Both the position numbers and the translations under genes were made by a program. The notes beneath the pieces were generated by a model. The model ran no database searches and was not told where the DNA came from. It saw nothing but the letters and a program-made list of their open reading frames with translations. A DNA stretch of 64,000 nt from a virus. The stretch covers positions 5,262 to 69,261 of IMG/VR virus record IMGVR_UViG_3300027849_000012; one strand, written 5' to 3'. Position 1 is the first letter of the stretch, and the number at the start of each line of letters is the position of its first letter. Shown here piece after piece: positions 55,821-64,000 of the stretch.

Positions 55821-56348
55821 TTATGATGTAGTATCTGACTCCCAATACTGAACTTGTAGCTCAACTGTGAATTCCTCGATTGTATTCTCGGTTTCATAGC
55901 TAAGGTCTATAGTACTCAGATTAGTAGGGAATGTTCCTCTAAGGTCATACTTTTTAGTTACATTACCTTGCTTGTCTAATTGTTCAACAATCATATCAGC
56001 TTGGTAATCAACTGGATTGCTAAGGCCAGTGTTATTAGCATGTTGGTTAATACCATCCATCCATCTCTCAAACGACCCACGAACACTGTAGCTAGAATCA
56101 TTGATAATTGTAAGAGTCCATGGTTCAAACGTCCTATCACCAGCTATTTGCAACTGTCTACCACGGAAAGGTACCATGATAGGTGCAATAATTGATGCGG
56201 GTATCGTAGCACCTTTACATAAAAATGAAGTTAGCTCAACATCGCCTTGGGCATAAGAGGGAAAGTTGCATGTTACTTTAAACATGTTAGCGCGTGCACC
56301 GCCACCAACTAGTTTCGATTTAAAATCGTCTACGCCTAAAATTGCCAT
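55821..56348 (-). CDS. gp19: Tail tube protein gp19
   Basis: GGARANMF, GDRTFEPW, QLD, IEEFTV. Confidence 0.95.
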   Translation of the reverse strand: MAILGVDDFKSKLVGGGARANMFKVTCNFPSYAQGDVELTSFLCKGATIPASIIAPIMVPFRGRQLQIAGDRTFEPWTLTIINDSSYSVRGSFERWMDGINQHANNTGLSNPVDYQADMIVEQLDKQGNVTKKYDLRGTFPTNLSTIDLSYETENTIEEFTVELQVQYWESDTTS

Positions 56349-56359
56349 TATTTCTCTCC

Positions 56360-58036
56360 TTAAACGCCGGAGATTTCAGAGAAATCTACACCGGTTCTTG
56401 TTGCTACAAAGTTTAAAGTAATGAAGTTAATGGATCTTGCAGGCTTGATATAAATATCAGCAACAAAACCATTAGTATCAATCACTTGACCTGTATTGTT
56501 AGTAGTATCACATATAACTGAGAAGTCTGTAACTCCTCTGCGGCCTTTAACATCTCTCAAGAAGGGCTCAATAATATTTCTAAATTGAGCTCTAGTAAAT
56601 TCATCATTGAATTCAAAGAGTTGAGCTTTGGCTGCAGTTGAAATAGCCTTTTCAAGGACTATAAACAGTCTACGCACGTTAATTCTATCGAAAGCAGATG
56701 GTCTGCTAAGCAGTGTTTTATCACCGAATAACATAGTACCTTGGCCCGGCAGAGAAACGATAGGGTTGACTCTTGCTTTATACAAAGAATCTCTATCAGC
56801 TTTCTTAGGGTTGAACGCCAACTTAGTAATACCTAGAATCTGACCACGGTTTACACCAGCAGGTGAGAACCAAGCATCAGCTACATTGTCTGTATTAGCA
56901 CATAATCCTGCAGTATGACCAGCCGCTCCAATCCAACGATATTCATCATTGTATTTATCATACACATACAACGCAGTAGAATCTGCAGATGCATATGAAG
57001 TTGAAGTGAGTGTGTCTGCCCAGACTTTAACATCAGCAGCAGGACTTGAAGTACCTACAGTATCTTCAATAGGCGGTGATACAAATGCCATACAATCTTT
57101 TCTTGCAACTGCAATAGAGATAATATCATTTGATATATCATTTGCAGCATTCACATCAGGATATGCAAATAATAGATTTACTTCAACAGTTTCTGCATCT
57201 TCAAAGTGATCAAAGCCTACTGCAATCTCACCAACAGTTGGTAGATTATCATCAGTAGCTCCACTTAAAGAATTTGTGACTGCTGCAGTTGGTGCGGCAA
57301 AACTAGCAGTTGCTGCTACAGTTGCACCTGAGTTGGTTAGTCCAGTAGGAACGCCAATCCACCAAGCATACTGTGAGTTGTTATTAATAACATCTTTGTA
57401 GTAGTTAGAAGTGCCGTCTGCTTTCTTAGCATCAGAACCTTGTGAAAGATATTCAAAAGTTTCTAATACAGTTCCTGCTGTTCCTGTCCATGCCCCATCT
57501 TCATCAATTACTACTGCATGAAGTTCATCATTTGCAGAAGTTTGACCTAGATTAGTTGCATATTCAGAAGTCCCAGGTTGACCCTGGAATGATGATGCGT
57601 ATGCCCAACCGGCCCATGCAGTTGCATTGGCTGGACAGACTGATACCTTAAGACTGTTTCCTTTAGCGCCAGGGTATTTTGCAGCCCAAGCTCCTTGTGA
57701 TAGTCCCGTTAGGGTATCATAGTGATCCTTATTTTTAATTAATAATCCACCGCCTTGAGCAGTTGCATTGTCATGCCCTGTCAAAACCCGAACTACCTTA
57801 AGTGCATTGCCATATTTTAAAAATGACGCTGCGGTAAGGAAGTATTTAAATGTACTGGAATCTGGTGCACCGAAAGTTTCTGCTAATTCTTTCTCCGAAG
57901 AGACAGTTACTATCGTGTCAACAGGACCCCAATTAAATGACCCAGCAAATCCGCCAATAGATGTTGATACTGCAGGAACTACTCCTGATGCATCAATTTC
58001 CTTGACTTGGACGCCTGGTGATACTTGAAATGCCAT
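56360..58036 (-). CDS. gp18: Tail sheath protein gp18
   Basis: SPGVQVKEID, WFSPAG.NRG, FDRINVRRLF, IKPARSINFI. Confidence 0.97.
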   Translation of the reverse strand: MAFQVSPGVQVKEIDASGVVPAVSTSIGGFAGSFNWGPVDTIVTVSSEKELAETFGAPDSSTFKYFLTAASFLKYGNALKVVRVLTGHDNATAQGGGLLIKNKDHYDTLTGLSQGAWAAKYPGAKGNSLKVSVCPANATAWAGWAYASSFQGQPGTSEYATNLGQTSANDELHAVVIDEDGAWTGTAGTVLETFEYLSQGSDAKKADGTSNYYKDVINNNSQYAWWIGVPTGLTNSGATVAATASFAAPTAAVTNSLSGATDDNLPTVGEIAVGFDHFEDAETVEVNLLFAYPDVNAANDISNDIISIAVARKDCMAFVSPPIEDTVGTSSPAADVKVWADTLTSTSYASADSTALYVYDKYNDEYRWIGAAGHTAGLCANTDNVADAWFSPAGVNRGQILGITKLAFNPKKADRDSLYKARVNPIVSLPGQGTMLFGDKTLLSRPSAFDRINVRRLFIVLEKAISTAAKAQLFEFNDEFTRAQFRNIIEPFLRDVKGRRGVTDFSVICDTTNNTGQVIDTNGFVADIYIKPARSINFITLNFVATRTGVDFSEISGV

Positions 58037-58095
58037 CGCTTTATCCTCTCATTGAGTTGGTTAATATGTTAACATAATATGAATGTTCACTGTTA

Positions 58096-58109
58096 TTATT
58101 TATAAATAA
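58096..58109. promoter_or_regulatory. Late promoter for gp18 within a palindrome (TATAAATA on both strands)
   Basis: TTATTTATAAATAA. Confidence 0.7.
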
Positions 58110-58116
58110 CCGAATC

Positions 58117-59736
58117 CTATCGTAACATATCATCAAATGTACTTGATTCCATCCACAAGTTGCCATCACCGTCTCGTTCAAATCTGGGAACTTCGGCACT
58201 ATCGCTATCAGGAGTGAAACCAAATGGTAACATATCATCTTGTATTTCTGCTAATCGTTCTTTATATAGCATGTTTTTCATATTTATATCAGTTAGATTA
58301 CTAAACACGTCGGTTGAAGTAAACCATCCAAACATAACTAAATTCATCATTAAGTCATCGTGGTTAGGAGCCTTGGCCGCATATGAATTACCTATAGCAA
58401 CGAATGTGCTCATTTCTATAATAGTGTCAGCATCGTAAATTCTTAGTTTCTGCTGTTCAACCAAATCCTTAATAGTAGAACAACCAATCCGTTTTACTCG
58501 TTTAGTCATTGTAGCACCAATAGCATTAGCTTTAATTGACGATTCAACAAACATGTGTTCATATTCCAAGTCATAGTATAGTCCATTACATACTACAGCA
58601 CCTTGATCATTAGATTCTATTATGACATAGGCTTCATTATATCCATTGGCCCATTTGTATATAACATCGGGCATTAGCATGGGAGATATGTTATTATCTC
58701 TGAATGTGCAAACTTGTTCAAATGGTATTGTGCTAACATCAATGATATTAAACGTACTATAATCCTGCCCACGTCCACGGCACACGTCTACTGTCATTAT
58801 ATAATCATGACCTTCTATTGGGTTTGAGTAGACCTTGATGTTCTGTCCATGCGAGATGGGGTCATTAGCCGATTGAGATAATAAACAATTAGCATCAATG
58901 AGGGTATTGCCGCGGCCGTGGAATGAGTTACCAAATTCTTGGTCAAACTGTAATTCCGAAGTATTCGCTATAGTCTGACGTTTCCATTCTTCGGTTCTGC
59001 CAGGCACATCCCACCAGTCCACTCTAAAGGCTTTATATTCATTGGTACCCTGTGATGCTCCTTCCCATATCTTATGATACACATTACCAATTCCGTTAGC
59101 AGTAGATGTGATAATAACCTTGGTGTCCTTACCAGACGACACTACGGGATATGTAGATGTATAGAATTGAGCATCATTCTCAACAAAGGCAAACTCGTCA
59201 AGGAATAGAAGGTTGATAGATAGACCACGAATTGATGACCCACTAGTAGCAGCGGCCAATATCTTGGAGTTATTTGAAAATTCTATACTACCTTTATTTA
59301 GAGCTTTACATCCTGGCTGCAAGAAGAACGGTAGGTTTTCAAGCATTAATGTTACTCTGGCCAACATTTCTCTAGCGGTAGCACCTTTGTTAGCAAGTAT
59401 AGCAATATTCTTTTCGGGGTGGAAACATGCAAACCACAGTAAGTAACCCACCGATGATATGGATTTACCTGACTGCCTACATGCTAATACAATGGAAAAT
59501 CGGTTATCATCAAAGTGCGAAAACATCTCTTCTTGATAAGGATATAAAGTGAAGGGTACTAAACCTTTATCAAGAGAGATAACTTTTAGATACGTGCGAG
59601 CAAAGTATGCAGGCTCATTCATGCACTTCTTGTATTCTCGGACTTCATCTATGGTAAATTCGGTTTCGACTCCGTCCCGCTTTACATTGGGATTACCTAG
59701 ATATCCAAACTCGCTATTCCGTAACTTCGCCATCAA
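58117..59736 (-). CDS. gp17: Terminase large subunit gp17
   Basis: LYPYQ, RQSGKS, FLDEFAF, ITSTANG, VDVCRGRGQDYS, HDDLMM. Confidence 0.96.
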   Translation of the reverse strand: MMAKLRNSEFGYLGNPNVKRDGVETEFTIDEVREYKKCMNEPAYFARTYLKVISLDKGLVPFTLYPYQEEMFSHFDDNRFSIVLACRQSGKSISSVGYLLWFACFHPEKNIAILANKGATAREMLARVTLMLENLPFFLQPGCKALNKGSIEFSNNSKILAAATSGSSIRGLSINLLFLDEFAFVENDAQFYTSTYPVVSSGKDTKVIITSTANGIGNVYHKIWEGASQGTNEYKAFRVDWWDVPGRTEEWKRQTIANTSELQFDQEFGNSFHGRGNTLIDANCLLSQSANDPISHGQNIKVYSNPIEGHDYIMTVDVCRGRGQDYSTFNIIDVSTIPFEQVCTFRDNNISPMLMPDVIYKWANGYNEAYVIIESNDQGAVVCNGLYYDLEYEHMFVESSIKANAIGATMTKRVKRIGCSTIKDLVEQQKLRIYDADTIIEMSTFVAIGNSYAAKAPNHDDLMMNLVMFGWFTSTDVFSNLTDINMKNMLYKERLAEIQDDMLPFGFTPDSDSAEVPRFERDGDGNLWMESSTFDDMLR

Positions 59737-60142
59737 TCACTTTTTCAGGTTCTAGTAGCATCCGTTGTAGATCGGTAGTACTACCAACAAACACATTATT
59801 ATTGGTTATTCTTTTAGCGTTTTCTTCGGCTTTAGTCTCTACGGCTAAATCCTTCTTATTCTTTTGAAGAGCCATTAGCTTATCAGTAGTATCACCTATG
59901 TTCTTTATTGCTTGTGATAGTACTTCGAATGCTCGGGGATGTTCAGATTCTCTTGCCAGTTCAGCAAGAACATCCAAAGATCCGACGCCAGTGTTTATTA
60001 AATCTTTATAGGTCTTCCGAGAGAATTCATAGTCATCTTTGATTTCCTTATTGTCAACTAGAGTTTGATCAATAGGGACTGAGGGCAAATTCTTGCCCAG
60101 AGAGGCTTTTAGTTTTTCTTGTTTATTCATCATATTTATCAT
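59714..60142 (-). CDS. gp16: Terminase small subunit gp16
   Basis: DYEFSR, ESEHPRAFEV, NNVFVGSTTDLQ. Confidence 0.93.
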   Translation of the reverse strand: MINMMNKQEKLKASLGKNLPSVPIDQTLVDNKEIKDDYEFSRKTYKDLINTGVGSLDVLAELARESEHPRAFEVLSQAIKNIGDTTDKLMALQKNKKDLAVETKAEENAKRITNNNVFVGSTTDLQRMLLEPEKVIDGEVTE

Positions 60143-60147
60143 ACCAA

Positions 60148-60894
60148 TTAAGTGACTGTCACAGTTACCGTATAGTTATCATCTTCATCTGCCGACGAGG
60201 GTGTAATAGCAAAGTCCATTTCTTCTAATATGTCAGAACCACCTGAGTTACCATTTAGATCAATATTCACTGTTCTAATAACACCCTGATTACCTGTAGG
60301 TCCAAAGAATTTCATTTTCATAGTGAAGTCTAACTGGTATATAAGAGCTCGTCTGGTAACAAAGTCACCTTCATAATCATCGCTCATTGTAACACCTGTA
60401 AGAATTATGGGCACATCTTGTTTATATGCAAACCCACTTACTGGATTAATGGTTAGGTTATATTCTGGTTGGAAGTATGGAAGTATCTGCTCTACAATTT
60501 GTAGTCCATCATCTTGGTTTTTAGTTAGGATATACAACGATACGTTAATATTATATGCAACCTGATGTTTAATAGTCTTCTTCTTAGTAGCATCTGATGC
60601 ATGTGATTCAACTATTACATTCCTCTTGGCTAGTTTCTGAGTAGAATCGAGCTCCAAACTAGTTATCTCAAAGCCCATTCTAGGCAATTTAATAGCCATA
60701 GATGAATCTGAACCAGTAGCTTGATCTATTCTAGCCAGCATCTTAGCTTTCGGGCCATAGGCAAGAGGTACTTTAAGTTGACTTATAATAGAGCCATCTG
60801 CTTTAGTCCTTAAGACATTAATGTCATTAAAGAGTGTACCAAAGACTGCTACAGCCTTTCTTACGGTTGAGTGGTAGAAGTGCTGTCCAAACAT
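60148..60894 (-). CDS. gp15: Tail sheath stabilizer gp15
   Basis: FYH..R..V.FGTLFN, VPLAYGP, LPRMGFE, QIVEQILPYFQP. Confidence 0.93.
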   Translation of the reverse strand: MFGQHFYHSTVRKAVAVFGTLFNDINVLRTKADGSIISQLKVPLAYGPKAKMLARIDQATGSDSSMAIKLPRMGFEITSLELDSTQKLAKRNVIVESHASDATKKKTIKHQVAYNINVSLYILTKNQDDGLQIVEQILPYFQPEYNLTINPVSGFAYKQDVPIILTGVTMSDDYEGDFVTRRALIYQLDFTMKMKFFGPTGNQGVIRTVNIDLNGNSGGSDILEEMDFAITPSSADEDDNYTVTVTVT

Positions 60895-61823
60895 TAATAA
60901 GTCTCCGAAGGGTCGCCGAATGGATTTGATTCAGAGAAGTCTATGAATGAGTCTCCGCTTATTTCAAATTGCACATTCTGCGCATTACCATCATTAGCAA
61001 AGGTGTTAGTAGTATCAGCAATATCATATAACTTAGTTATATAGCAAGTAGAACCACTTTCGGCTCCCACTAATCCTACAGTGGATGATACCATAAACTC
61101 TGTCATGCTACCAGAACTGCCGGTAACACCGATATTTGATATACTCACTGTTGCAGATACATCCGAAATTTTAGTCACAGTAGCAACTTCACCTGTAACT
61201 ACAATGCCAGCCGCAACGATCTGTGACACAAGTTCACCTCTAACAAAATGAGCTCCACCAACTACTGTTAAATCTACTGAGGTTAGATATGCTTCATTCT
61301 GCGATAAATCATCTATTAATGTATTACCCGTTTCAAAGTCCTCATCAGAGTACTCAAACAATGCACAAGTAAGTTTATAAACAGGTAGGTTAGATAGTTG
61401 ATAAAATGGTTGTTCGTGTTCAACAAATGTAATTTCAAAGAATTTATTTGTCATCGGAAGGAATAGAATATCACCTTCCATAGGCTTGATGCTTGATACC
61501 GTGTTATTCCATAGGCCTACTAATTTATTCCATTGAGATCTGGATATAACAAACGTAGCTTCATCTCGGATCTCTAAACCAAACTTGGAATATAAGTCAC
61601 CTGCGCCTTCAAAACCTTCTTGATTTTCAATATATGCTTCAATCATATAGGCATCATTGAATGCCGAGGATGAGTCCTCGCCTAAAATAGTGTCTCTATT
61701 AACTAGAGTTCTGGGTATATAATAGACATCTTGGCCAAATATCTTTAGCGATTCTATTATCAGGTCTTCGTAAAGGTTCTGTTCGGATTTTACGGCCTGT
61801 GAAAAGTATACATTTCTTGGCAT
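60894..61823 (-). CDS. gp14: Neck protein gp14
   Basis: EQNLYEDLIIESLKIFG.DVYYIPR, SKFGLEIRDE, PFYQL, DFSESNPFG. Confidence 0.93.
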   Translation of the reverse strand: MPRNVYFSQAVKSEQNLYEDLIIESLKIFGQDVYYIPRTLVNRDTILGEDSSSAFNDAYMIEAYIENQEGFEGAGDLYSKFGLEIRDEATFVISRSQWNKLVGLWNNTVSSIKPMEGDILFLPMTNKFFEITFVEHEQPFYQLSNLPVYKLTCALFEYSDEDFETGNTLIDDLSQNEAYLTSVDLTVVGGAHFVRGELVSQIVAAGIVVTGEVATVTKISDVSATVSISNIGVTGSSGSMTEFMVSSTVGLVGAESGSTCYITKLYDIADTTNTFANDGNAQNVQFEISGDSFIDFSESNPFGDPSETY

Positions 61824-61826
61824 TGT

Positions 61827-62795
61827 TTATCCTATGAAGAAATCAACGGGTTGTTCCCAATTCAATCTTAGCTCTTCTTCGAGTTTGGTAATCTCTTCTT
61901 TGGCATCATCAAATAGCTGACGGCCATTGAATGATACACCACCCGGCATTTGCATACCCTCAAACTTTAATAGGTTCTGACCCCATTGCTGTTTAATAAG
62001 TGCTGTAGCATATTTCTTTAAAAAGTAATCATTATACACATCAGCATATGACGTGGGGTCTATGATTCTATAACACTCAACTACCACATACTGACCAATG
62101 ACAACCTCGGCATCCCAATTCATGTCAACCCTAAGTTGGTTCTTATGTCTGTCAAAACTGATATGTTTTGTACCAGAATTAACAATTGAATCTAGCAAAG
62201 ATAGCCATTGTTGGGTCATAGTATAATCAACCAGTGATCCTAAGAACCCTAATGAATATACATCATTTAAGTGTATCTGGTATTTCACATCAAATAGACT
62301 TGCAGAAGATGAAGTGGCAGTAAGAGGAAGTATCTGAACAACATCAGTAACTAAACTGTTAATTGGCAGATACTTATTCTGAATATCACCGACAGTTATA
62401 GAAGATACTACTGCAGTTGTAGCACTAGTAGCGCCTGTAATAGTCTCGGCTTGAAATGCAATTTCATCTAGGTGCGTTAAATCTGTGTATACTAATGACG
62501 AACCAGTTGAGTCTTTATGCACAACTGCAGTAGCCCCAGAAGTGCTACCCGTAATAATCTCGCCTACAGTAAAGTTAGCGGCAGTAGCAGTAGAGAGCGT
62601 TAATGTGCTCCCAGTAATTTTGTGCTTTAGAAAAACCTTTTCAATAGCGTCTGCATGATATGTTTGATACAGCTGTAAGGCTTCATCAATTCTATCATCG
62701 CATTGATCGTCGTCTATATTAATTTCAATTACTGGAGCGCCAAGCGATCTTAGACAGTATTCTATTAAGGTGCTTCTTGAATTAGGTTTTGCCAT
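61827..62795 (-). CDS. gp13: Neck protein gp13
   Basis: YCLRSLGAPVIEIN, KKYATALIKQQWGQNL.KF, PGGV. Confidence 0.93.
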   Translation of the reverse strand: MAKPNSRSTLIEYCLRSLGAPVIEINIDDDQCDDRIDEALQLYQTYHADAIEKVFLKHKITGSTLTLSTATAANFTVGEIITGSTSGATAVVHKDSTGSSLVYTDLTHLDEIAFQAETITGATSATTAVVSSITVGDIQNKYLPINSLVTDVVQILPLTATSSSASLFDVKYQIHLNDVYSLGFLGSLVDYTMTQQWLSLLDSIVNSGTKHISFDRHKNQLRVDMNWDAEVVIGQYVVVECYRIIDPTSYADVYNDYFLKKYATALIKQQWGQNLLKFEGMQMPGGVSFNGRQLFDDAKEEITKLEEELRLNWEQPVDFFIG

Positions 62796-62819
62796 TTTTA
62801 TATTCCCGGGTCTATATTC

Positions 62820-62827
62820 TATTTATA
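62820..62827 (-). promoter_or_regulatory. T4 late promoter
   Basis: TATAAATA. Confidence 0.75.
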
Positions 62828-62845
62828 AGGCTACAATTTCTACAC

Positions 62846-63397
62846 TTAACTATAGGTGAATTTTAATGTAGTTAAAATATTACCATCAATTGTTGTATCA
62901 GTTTCAGTGACAGTATAATATGGTGCCGCTGGTTTCGTTGTGTGGTAGTTATATAATGACTGATTTTTAATACAACCTATTTTATAACCTACAACACTAT
63001 ATGAGTCTAGGAAAAATGTCCTAGATGCTGTAACATAATCTGCATCATATATCCACGCCCTAGAATCATTAGCATCAGGCCCTACTAAATTATAATCGTA
63101 AGTAAGATACAAAGGAACTACTGTCTCATCTTGTTGTGGCTCAATTAATGCAATAGCATATTGTACTGCCGTATCATCTTTTTCCCATAGGATGGCTTTA
63201 TAATTACTAATATCAGCAGATGCAGTTTGGTCAAATCTAGTTTTCATCGCTTCCATTCTAAGAGCTTTTGTTGTCAAGTTCTGTCCTAGCATACCCCAAT
63301 CCATGGTACCTGCTATCATTTTATCGTAAGAAGCATTAAATAAAGACTCAAATATAGTAGAATCAATTGTGTTAACTTCACTAACTGTATAACTCAT
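62846..63397 (-). CDS. Hypothetical protein (tail-fibre region)
   Basis: 183-aa ORF, ATGA-coupled to the upstream gene. Confidence 0.65.
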   Translation of the reverse strand: MSYTVSEVNTIDSTIFESLFNASYDKMIAGTMDWGMLGQNLTTKALRMEAMKTRFDQTASADISNYKAILWEKDDTAVQYAIALIEPQQDETVVPLYLTYDYNLVGPDANDSRAWIYDADYVTASRTFFLDSYSVVGYKIGCIKNQSLYNYHTTKPAAPYYTVTETDTTIDGNILTTLKFTYS

Positions 63398-63879
63398 GTA
63401 TTCCTTCCACCGTAAAATTGATTCATAGATATTGTACCACTAGCTGGGATACCAGTATTTACTGTGACACTAGAACCTGTGACTCTTCGTCTCTGGGCAT
63501 AATAGTAAGTTGTGTGTGTTCCATATTTGCCCGGGTAGGTTATAGTCCAAGCAGTAGCAGCTCTTTGGTAATCATACCCACCAATTGCGCCTGTTATTAA
63601 TGACGAGTTGTGCGGGTTAGTTGAGCTTACAGCATAAATTGTTGAACCAACCCACCTCATAGTATAGGTGGTGGCGCCACCACTAGACGCGACTGAGACA
63701 ATCAACGCATAGTTTACATGATTCGGGCCGTAGGAGGACCACGCACCGGCCGCAGTACCTACTGTTGTGGGTACATTAGCGCCACCTCTATAGTACTCAT
63801 TAATGCCAATAGGATTTGATCCACCAAACTCGCTTTGGAGTTGGCCAAAATCTATTACCCCAGAAGTCTGTAAAGCCAT
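63394..63879 (-). CDS. Putative tail-fibre tip/adhesin-like protein
   Basis: MALQTSG.I...Q.EFGGSNPI...EYYRGG N-terminus, SGTISMNQFYG C-terminus; aromatic/Gly/Ser/Thr-rich core. Confidence 0.55.
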   Translation of the reverse strand: MALQTSGVIDFGQLQSEFGGSNPIGINEYYRGGANVPTTVGTAAGAWSSYGPNHVNYALIVSVASSGGATTYTMRWVGSTIYAVSSTNPHNSSLITGAIGGYDYQRAATAWTITYPGKYGTHTTYYYAQRRRVTGSSVTVNTGIPASGTISMNQFYGGRNT

Positions 63880-64000
63880 TACGCGTTAGTCACTACGCCA
63901 ACAGAGACTTTATGTGCTACTCCTGCACCAACTTCTGCAATACGAGCATCAGTTGCAGCATCGTCATAAGTAGTACCATCGGCTGCAAAGCAAACGTTTA
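63879..64000 (-). CDS. 3' end of a hypothetical protein (partial)
   Basis: ...NVCFAADGTTYDDAATDARIAEVGAGVAHKVSVGVVTNA*; TAATG coupling. Confidence 0.6.
   Translation of the reverse strand, partial: NVCFAADGTTYDDAATDARIAEVGAGVAHKVSVGVVTNA

Noticed and set aside
58041-58238. 65-aa minus-strand ORF between gp17 and gp18
   Set aside because: Mostly overlaps gp17 out of frame and spans the late promoter; no SD or motif.
3285-59736. Introns or inteins in nrdA, nrdB, gp43, gp41, uvsX, gp17, thyX
   Set aside because: All are continuous and of normal length, with no intein or intron signatures.
545-63600. The many plus-strand ORFs in the six-frame track
   Set aside because: All lie antisense to well-supported minus-strand genes, lack SD sequences and recognisable motifs, and have the Ser/Phe/Leu-rich composition of shadow frames.
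1-64000. CRISPR array, integrase, transposase, rRNA
   Set aside because: No regularly spaced repeat-spacer array and no such motifs were seen. The 41-44 kb repeats are promoters separated by genes.
1-64000. Stop-codon reassignment
   Set aside because: Core genes are intact under the standard code, and TAA, TAG and TGA all occur as normal ends. The only break (ugd) is a frameshift, and the tRNA is a normal Arg(TCT).

Overview
This 64-kb window is part of a T4-like (myovirus) phage genome, most likely aquatic/marine. The host is probably a Gram-negative bacterium; this is inferred from the spanin-like pair, class Ia NrdAB, bS21 and Hsp20. All credible genes lie on the minus strand. In transcription order (right to left) the window holds: (1) neck, tail, terminase and head genes gp13-gp23 plus gp3; (2) uvsY, uvsW, gp55, gp47, gp46; (3) an early CobT/CobS-like cassette with repeated promoters; (4) gp45/44/62, regA, hsp20 and gp43; (5) a sugar-transfer cluster that looks like a DNA-hypermodification locus, with a frameshifted ugd; (6) dexA, a SleB-like hydrolase, groES, a tagD-like gene, bS21, uvsX, gp41, thyX, tRNA-Arg(TCT), dsbA and dCMP deaminase; (7) a roughly 11-kb late operon, followed by a spanin pair with a lipase, then nrdAB, glutaredoxin, RNase H and a SET-domain gene. 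The standout is the late operon. About nine of its proteins start with a T4-internal-protein-like capsid-targeting leader (M-x-x-F-x-E...E|A/G). They include a PD-(D/E)xK-like nuclease, a ligase-fold (KxDG) nucleotidyltransferase, a HIGH-family nucleotidyltransferase and a Pnk-like kinase. I infer a virion-packaged enzyme kit injected with the DNA. Seventeen sigma70-type promoters (one antisense, with no gene), several TATAAATA late promoters and several structured RNA elements can be read directly from the sequence. All family assignments come from motif recognition by eye; no database searches were run.
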